Shown here: positions 57,945 through 64,000 of the stretch, piece after piece
How positions within the stretch are numbered: the first letter of the stretch is position 1
Layout of the letters: the number at the start of each line of letters is the position of its first letter
DNA from: an uncultured delta proteobacterium
GTDB lineage: Bacteria; Myxococcota; Myxococcia; Myxococcales; Myxococcaceae
Length of the DNA stretch: 64,000 nucleotides
Direction of reading: 5' to 3'
Assembly: GCA_963796055.1 (NCBI GenBank)
Contig: CAWCKH010000004.1
Location: forward strand, 1,728,001 to 1,792,000
Position numbers and translations under genes: made by a program
The notes under the pieces: model-generated
The model's database searches: none
Told to the model about the DNA's origin: nothing
What the model saw: only the letters and a program-made list of their open reading frames with translations

Positions 57945-58694
57945 ATGGGCGAGAGCCGGACGCTGCTCCGACCGATGGCGGTGCTGCTGGTCGTGTGTGT
58001 CGCGGGGTTCCTCTTTGTGAAGCTCGCCGACGAGGTCCGGGAGGGGGAAACGCAGCGGATGGACGAGTGGGTGCTCCGTTCGCTCCGGACGCCGGGCGAC
58101 CCGGCGGTGCCGATCGGCCCGCGCTGGCTGCCGGAGGCGGCCCGGAACCTCACCGCGCTGGGGAGCGTTTCGGTGTTGCTCCTGGTGGTGCTGGCGGTCG
58201 CCGGGTTCCTCGCCCTGGCCCGTCTGTGGCTGAACCTGGCGCTGGTGCTCGGGTCGTCCCTCGGTGGGCTTCTGTGGATGGTGGTGCTGAAGCGGGCGTT
58301 CGACCGCCCTCGACCCACGGTGGTGCCGCCGCTCACCTTCGAGACGACGGCCAGCTTCCCGAGCGGCCACGCGATGATGTCCGCGGTGGTCTACCTGACG
58401 CTGGGGATGCTGCTCGCCCAGCTCTGTCCTCGATGGTGGGAGCGGGTCTATGTGATGAGCGTCGCCGGCATCGTGACGGTCATCGTCGGGCTGACGCGGC
58501 TCTACCTCGGCGTGCACTACCCGACGGACGTGCTGGGCGGCTGGTCGGTGGGCCTCGGCTGGGCGCTGGTGAGCGGCATGGGCGCCCGGGCGCTCCGGGT
58601 CCGCAGCCCGCAGCTCCGCGCCGAGGTCCCGGGGGCGGAGGGGGCGGAGAGCCAGGCGTCGCAGCAGGCTGGAGCGTCGGCGAGAAACCCGTGA
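57945..58694 (+). CDS. PAP2 family phosphatase
   Basis: K...RPRP, SFPSGH, RLYLGVHYPTDV. Confidence 0.92.
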   Translation: MGESRTLLRPMAVLLVVCVAGFLFVKLADEVREGETQRMDEWVLRSLRTPGDPAVPIGPRWLPEAARNLTALGSVSVLLLVVLAVAGFLALARLWLNLALVLGSSLGGLLWMVVLKRAFDRPRPTVVPPLTFETTASFPSGHAMMSAVVYLTLGMLLAQLCPRWWERVYVMSVAGIVTVIVGLTRLYLGVHYPTDVLGGWSVGLGWALVSGMGARALRVRSPQLRAEVPGAEGAESQASQQAGASARNP

Positions 58695-58764
58695 CCTCGA
58701 CCGGCATCGCTCCCGTTGACCCGTTGCCGGGATGGGCCACGGACCTCCTGGTACACTCCGCTCC

Positions 58765-59127
58765 GTGTCACGCCGCGACCGAGAGGACCGGGCCGAGGAC
58801 GCTTCCGAGCGCGAGGCGAACGACCCGCTCGTCCAGCTCGAGCGGAGGCTCCGCGATGGCAAGTCGGTCGACGTCCAGGACGTCCGCAGGGCCTGGCGCA
58901 CCACGCGCTATCCGCGGGCGATGATCCAGGTCCTGGCGCAGCGACGTCGATCCGACCTCGCCCTCCGCGCCGCCTCCCTGGTCGGCATCGACGTCGATTC
59001 CTCCACGCCCACCTGGCGGGAGGACCTCGAGACCCACCTCTTCGAGCGCTTCTTCGGGATGCCGTTCAGCGAGACCGACGCCCTGGCCGACGCCATCCGC
59101 CGCGCCATCCCCGACCCGTCGGTCTAG
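58765..59127 (+). CDS. Hypothetical protein
   Basis: ORF of about 120 aa with coding-like codon usage; TGGTACACT extended -10-like site just upstream. Confidence 0.55.
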   Translation: MSRRDREDRAEDASEREANDPLVQLERRLRDGKSVDVQDVRRAWRTTRYPRAMIQVLAQRRRSDLALRAASLVGIDVDSSTPTWREDLETHLFERFFGMPFSETDALADAIRRAIPDPSV

Positions 59128-60488
59128 CCGCGGGGGAAGAGCACCTCGAGCGCCTCGCCCAGCGTCTCCACCGGGAGCAGCTTCACCCCCCGCGACTCGA
59201 CTCGACGCGCGCTCCCCTTCGGCAGCACGGCGCGGACGAAGCCCATCTTCCCCGCCTCGGCCAGCCTGGGCTCGATCTGGGCCACCGCCCGCACCTCGCC
59301 GGCGAGTCCCACCTCCCCCAGGACCAGCACGTCCTGGGGCACGGCCAGGTTCCGGAGCGACGAGACCAGCGCGGCGCACACCGCCAGGTCCGCCGCCGGC
59401 TCTGACAGGGTCATCCCCCCGGCGACGTTGACGAAGGTGTCGCAGCCGGTGAGCTGGACGTCCTCCTTCTTCTCCAGCACCGCGGCGAGGAGCGCCACCC
59501 GGTTGCCGTCCACCCCGATCGCCGTGCGCCGCGCGGTGCCGTACCCGGTGGAGGCGACCAGGGCCTGCACCTCGACCAGCAGGGGCCGGGTGCCGGAGAG
59601 CGTCGCGGTCACCGCCGAGCCCGGCTTGCCGGCGGGCCGCTCGGCGAGGAACAGCGCCGAGGGGTCCGCCACCTCCTCGAGCCCGGACCCCTTCATCTCG
59701 AACACCCCGATCTCGTTGGTCGACCCGAAGCGGTTCTTGTGCGCCCGGAGGATGCGGAAGGGGTGCCCGCGCTCGCCCTCGAAGTAGAGCACCGTGTCCA
59801 CCATGTGCTCGAGCACGCGAGGGCCGGCGATGCTCCCGTCCTTGGTGACGTGGCCCACGAGGAAGGTCGGTACTCCCGACCGCTTGGCGTGCGCCATCAG
59901 CCGCCCCGCCACCTCACGGACCTGGCTGAGCGTGCCGGGCGCGCTCCCCAGCTCGGCGAGGAACATGGTCTGGACGGAGTCCACCACCAGCGCCACCGGA
60001 CGGAGGGACTCGGCGGCAGCCAGCACCTTCTCCGCGTCCGTCTCGGCGAAGAGGTGCACCGCCCCGGAGCGGACCCCGAGCCGGTCGGCCCGCATCTTGG
60101 TCTGGCGCAGCGACTCCTCTCCCGAGACGTAGAGCACCGGACCGGCCGCGGCGAGCCGCTCGACCGCCGAGAGCAGGAGCGTCGACTTGCCGATGCCCGG
60201 ATCTCCGCCGAGCAGCACCAGCGAGCCGGGCACGACGCCGCCTCCCAGCACCCGGTCCAGCTCGCCGATGCCGGTGTGCCGGCGCTCCTCGGCCTCGCCC
60301 TCGACGTCCACCAGCTTCACCGGGCGGGCCGAGCCGCCCGAGGCGCCCCAGGCCGGCCGGCGATCCTCGACCGGTGAAGCCTCCTCGACCAGCGTGTTCC
60401 ATCCACTGCAGTCCGGGCAACGGCCGAGCCACTTGGCGGACTGGAACCCGCAGGACTGACAGGTGAAGTGCGTGCGCGGCTTGGCCAT
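59124..60488 (-). CDS. radA: DNA repair protein RadA/Sms
   Basis: CQSCG..CPDC, GDPGIGKST, KNRFG, GEVGLAGE. Confidence 0.97.
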   Translation of the reverse strand: MAKPRTHFTCQSCGFQSAKWLGRCPDCSGWNTLVEEASPVEDRRPAWGASGGSARPVKLVDVEGEAEERRHTGIGELDRVLGGGVVPGSLVLLGGDPGIGKSTLLLSAVERLAAAGPVLYVSGEESLRQTKMRADRLGVRSGAVHLFAETDAEKVLAAAESLRPVALVVDSVQTMFLAELGSAPGTLSQVREVAGRLMAHAKRSGVPTFLVGHVTKDGSIAGPRVLEHMVDTVLYFEGERGHPFRILRAHKNRFGSTNEIGVFEMKGSGLEEVADPSALFLAERPAGKPGSAVTATLSGTRPLLVEVQALVASTGYGTARRTAIGVDGNRVALLAAVLEKKEDVQLTGCDTFVNVAGGMTLSEPAADLAVCAALVSSLRNLAVPQDVLVLGEVGLAGEVRAVAQIEPRLAEAGKMGFVRAVLPKGSARRVESRGVKLLPVETLGEALEVLFPRG

Positions 60489-60502
60489 GAGCGTCCCCCA
60501 CA

Positions 60503-61624
60503 ATGCCCGGCGCTGCTGACAGCGGGCCTTGCCGGACACGAGCAAGGGGCGGGCCGAGCACGAGTTGCGTGCTCTCGAGAGTGCTCGCGCGCCCTCCGGG
60601 CCTCCGAGCACCGTCCCCCCTCCGGCGCGGGAGCTTCCTCCCCCGGGAACCGGTTCCTACGTTGTCGCCAGGAGGGCGGCACTTGGCGGGCGCGCTGGGA
60701 GAGGTAACCACGCTGCTCAAGGAGACGGTGATGCGCTGGACCGAGGACAAGGCCAGCACGCTCGCCGCCGCGCTCGCGTACTACTCCCTCTTCTCGCTCG
60801 CTCCGCTGGTGCTCATCGCGGTCGCGGTCGCGGGCCTGGTCTTCGGCCAGCAGGCGGCGGCAGGACAGCTGTACGCCCAGCTGGCGGGTCTGATCAGCGA
60901 CGCCGGCGCGAAGACGGTGCAGGACCTCGTCGCCAACCTGCACCAGGAGCGAGGGGGAGGAGTCGTCGCCACCATCGTTGGCCTGGCGACCCTGTTCTTC
61001 GGCGCGACCGGGGTGTTCGCCCAGCTCCAGGACTCGATGAACACCATCTGGAAGGCGAAGCCGCCGACGACCAGCGGCATCCTCGACTTCCTCCGGGTGC
61101 GCCTGGTGTCCTTCAGCATGGTGCTGGGGGTCGGCTTTCTGCTGCTGGTGTCGCTGGTCCTTTCGGCGATCCTCGCTGCGGTGGGGGACTACCTCGGAGG
61201 TTTCTTGCCAGGCGGCGCCGCGGTGACCCAGGCGCTCAACGCGACGGTGAGCCTGGTGGTGGTCACCCTGCTCTTCGCGATGATCTACAAGATTCTGCCC
61301 GACACCTATGTCGCCTGGCGGGACGTGTGGCTCGGAGCGCTGGTCACCTCGCTGCTCTTCACCGTCGGCAAGTCCGCGATCGGCTTCTACCTGGGGAAGG
61401 CGAGCGTCGCCTCGAGCTACGGGGCCGCGGGTTCGGTGGTCATCCTGCTGCTCTGGGTCTACTGCTCGGCGATGATCCTGTACTTCGGCGCCGAGTTCAC
61501 GCACGTGTACTCGATGCGCCACGGCAGCCGGAGGGAGGCGACCCACACCCCGGTCCCCGATCGACGCGACGGGCGGAACCTCGAACGACTCATCCCGCCC
61601 GGCGGCGCGGCCGCGAAGTCGTGA
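60503..61624 (+). CDS. YihY/BrkB family membrane protein (true start probably downstream)
   Basis: AAALAYYSLFSLAP, MNTIW, YGAAGSVVILLLWVY, FGAEF. Confidence 0.9.
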   Translation: MPGAADSGPCRTRARGGPSTSCVLSRVLARPPGLRAPSPLRRGSFLPREPVPTLSPGGRHLAGALGEVTTLLKETVMRWTEDKASTLAAALAYYSLFSLAPLVLIAVAVAGLVFGQQAAAGQLYAQLAGLISDAGAKTVQDLVANLHQERGGGVVATIVGLATLFFGATGVFAQLQDSMNTIWKAKPPTTSGILDFLRVRLVSFSMVLGVGFLLLVSLVLSAILAAVGDYLGGFLPGGAAVTQALNATVSLVVVTLLFAMIYKILPDTYVAWRDVWLGALVTSLLFTVGKSAIGFYLGKASVASSYGAAGSVVILLLWVYCSAMILYFGAEFTHVYSMRHGSRREATHTPVPDRRDGRNLERLIPPGGAAAKS

Positions 61625-61666
61625 CCGCTTGACCCGCCCGGCGCAGGACTGCCAGACCGTCGGGCC

Positions 61667-62158
61667 GTGCGCCGTTCCGTCCTCGCTGCTGCCGCTGCCA
61701 CGCTCGTGCTTGCCGCCTGTCAGAGGGGCCCGCAGTACTGCATCTTCGACGGGACGCTGATCGGTGCCGCGCCGGTCCCCTTCGTGGCGATGAACCCGGA
61801 CGGTACGGTGGACGAGACGCCGAACCGGTTCAGCTGGCGCGAGTTCGTCTGGCCCACCGATCCGGCGTGGACCCACGTCCGTCCGGACCGCGGGGCGTGG
61901 CTCTTCGAGGGCACCACGGGCGGCACCCCGTGGACGTTCCGCGGGACGTTCTCGCCCGACGCGGGTGGGGCGTTCGTCCGGCTCGAGCAGACCGGTTTGC
62001 CCCCGCCGGTGCAGGTCATCGGGAGCAACGGCAAGCCCTCGCTGCTGATCTACCGGCTCCGGCCGTGCCGCGAGTTCGAGGGCAGCCGAACGGGCGTCCG
62101 GACATGCACCAAGTGGGGTACCGAGGTGAACGCTCGCACGAAGCTCACCTGCGACTGA
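61667..62158 (+). CDS. Hypothetical lipoprotein
   Basis: Lipobox LAAC. Confidence 0.65.
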   Translation: MRRSVLAAAAATLVLAACQRGPQYCIFDGTLIGAAPVPFVAMNPDGTVDETPNRFSWREFVWPTDPAWTHVRPDRGAWLFEGTTGGTPWTFRGTFSPDAGGAFVRLEQTGLPPPVQVIGSNGKPSLLIYRLRPCREFEGSRTGVRTCTKWGTEVNARTKLTCD

Positions 62159-62194
62159 CCGTCGCCCCGCGCGGACGGGGAGTCCGCCTCGAGA

Positions 62195-62348
62195 ACCGTC
62201 AGAGGTGTTTGACACCTCCCCGGGGTTACCCCGCTCGAACCGGGCTCCTGCACTTCCCTGGAAACAGGTCGGTTTTCCCCCGCGCTGCGGCCGACGCGAC
62301 GGCCCTTCCTCGTGCGTAACGAGGTGTCTGGCACCTCGAAGAGTCCAG
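62195..62348. repeat. Bipartite palindromic REP/REPIN-like element, copy 2
   Basis: ACCGTCAGAGGTGTTTGACACCTCC ... CGTGCGTAACGAGGTGTCTGGCACCTCGAA. Confidence 0.75.
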
Positions 62349-62396
62349 CGGTCGAGACTCGAGCCTCGGCCGCCCGGTCGCCGCCGCTGCCACGCC

Positions 62397-63909
62397 TCAG
62401 CGCCGGGTCGCGGCGGACGCCTCGAGTGGCTGCTCGATTCGGGGGCCCGTGGCGAGATCGCCCAGCGTCTCGGCGAGCACGTGCATCCCGCGCTCGAGGG
62501 AGCGGATCGGCATCTTCTCGTCCGAGTTGTGCCCGGGATAGACGCCGTCCTCGCGGAACCACATCCCGAAGGCGATGGCGTTGGTCATCCGCCGCGCGTA
62601 CGTCCCTCCGGCGCTCACCACCGGTTTGGCCGGCTGCCCGGTCGCTCGCCCGTACGCGGCCAGCAGCCGCTGCACGAGGGGCGCGTTCGACGGGACCACG
62701 AACGGCTCGTAGCCGAACTGGCCGCCGAGCTCGAAGCGACCACCGCGCGCCGCGGCGAACGCCTTCGCGTGGGCATCCACCCGGGCTTTCAGCGCCTCGC
62801 CCCAGAGCGCAGGCCCGGACCGCAGGTTCACCTGCAGCTCGAGCCGGCCGCTCACACCCCGCTTCACCAGCCCGAAGTTCGTGTCCACCGCTCCCCAGAG
62901 CGGATCGTCCATGGTCAGGCCGAGCCCCCGTCCGCGGGTGTCCGCGCCTGCCACGCGGGTGTACTCGAGAAGATCTGCGGCAGCGCTCGGGGGCAGCCGT
63001 CCGTGCACCGCCACCGCCAGCGCCACCAGCGCGTTCCGCCCCCGCACCAGCCCGACTCCCGCGTGCGCCGCCCGCCCCTTCGCGGTGAGGACGCGCTCCG
63101 GGCCCCGGCCCGAGATCTCCAGCGACGTGTCCGGGGGCAGGCGCGCCGCGCGCACCGGCGCGAGCCACCGGTCCCAGTCCGGCGCTCCCGAGCGCCAGCG
63201 CAGGGTCAGCGTCGCCCGGTCCGGGACGATGCTCACCGACGTGCCCGCCGCGAGGTCCACCACCTCCACCGGGCCCGTGGGAGGAGCGGAGTGCTCGTCC
63301 GCGGTGACGATCCACTCCGCCCACGCCTTCTCCCCGGTGACCACCGGGAAGTCGCTGTCGATCACCAGGCTCAGGTCGGGGAGCCGGTTCGCCTTCTTGT
63401 AGGTCTCGAGGTCGGATGCGCCGCCTTCCTCGTCGGTGCCGACCAGCAGCCGCACGGTGTGCGTCCGCGGCAGGCCCGAGGTCCGCAGCGCCGCCATCGC
63501 AAGCAACGCCTGCACCAGCGGCCCCTTGTCATCCGCCGAGCCACGACCCCAGATCGCGCCGTCCTTCACCGTGGCGGCGAACGGCGGGCACTGTCCATTC
63601 GGCGGCGTTCACCGGCTGCAGGTCCCCGTGCACCACCAGCCCGAGCACCGGCGCGCCCTCGGGGCCGGGGAGGTCGACCTCGGTCATCGTCTCCCGGTCG
63701 TGCACCACGAACCCCAGCTCGGGTCCGACGCGGGCGAGCCACTTCCGCTGGGCCGCGAGCGCCTGCTGGTTCCCGTGCACGGTGGGAAAGGCCATCACCT
63801 CGGAAAGGAGCGGCTCCATCCGGGGACGCCAGCGCGACTGCAGCTCGCTCCACACCGACTCTCCGGGAGTCGCGACCAGCGACAGGGCAAGGACGGCGGT
63901 GAGCATCAT
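62397..63909 (-). pseudogene. M20 family dipeptidase/amidohydrolase with a frameshift near 63588
   Basis: HGDLQP..W.VP in one frame; PFAATVKDGAIWGRGSADDKGP, GTDEE, GGTYAR, HNSDE in another. Confidence 0.8.
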
Positions 63910-64000
63910 GGGGCCTCCGGAACGGCGTAGGCGACGCGGACCCGGGTCCGCGAGGTGACCAGCACGCACCCCACCACGAACAGCGCGGCGAATGCCGTGG
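63906..64000 (-). CDS. 3' end of a membrane protein (partial)
   Basis: ...TAFAALFVVGCVLVTSRTRVRVAYAVPEAP-stop; TGA overlaps the M20 gene ATG. Confidence 0.45.
   Translation of the reverse strand, partial: TAFAALFVVGCVLVTSRTRVRVAYAVPEAP

Noticed and set aside
62150..62212. Lipoprotein ends C-D-TGA followed by hairpin GCGGAC-GGGGA-GTCCGC: possible fourth Sec site
   Set aside because: Read-through adds only about 17 residues that run into the palindromic repeat, with no recognisable domain; more likely a true stop plus terminator-like stem
48891..62348. Palindromic repeats as a CRISPR array
   Set aside because: Only two non-identical units per locus, long unequal spacers, loci 13 kb apart, no cas genes

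Overview
High-GC window with a gene repertoire typical of myxobacteria (Anaeromyxobacter/Myxococcales-like). It holds about 55 CDS; no rRNA, tRNA, CRISPR array or transposase was seen. Three genes appear to need UGA read as selenocysteine, each with a SECIS-like hairpin 18-21 nt downstream: formate dehydrogenase fdnG (27121-30237), a DedA-rhodanese fusion with a C-S-U motif (40708-41682, flanked by an exact 19-bp direct repeat), and a 74-aa Rdx/SelW-like CxxU protein missing from the ORF track (52018-52242). A PhnDCE-like ABC transporter resembling the putative selenate family lies directly upstream of fdnGHI-fdhE. The most novel-looking locus is an 8-gene minus-strand cluster (16097 to 9122): a tiny Gly-rich lipopeptide ending in Trp, a coupled ferritin-like diiron enzyme, YceI, a CxxCH beta-barrel, a second beta-barrel, a cupredoxin-like protein, a zinc-finger Ser/Thr kinase and an ECF sigma factor. 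It may be a RiPP-like or metal-stress envelope system. Also present are two copies of a bipartite palindromic REP/REPIN-like element, several gene remnants or frameshifts, and housekeeping genes (gpmI, rsfS, rlmH, radA, comF). All calls come from motif recognition by eye; no searches were run.
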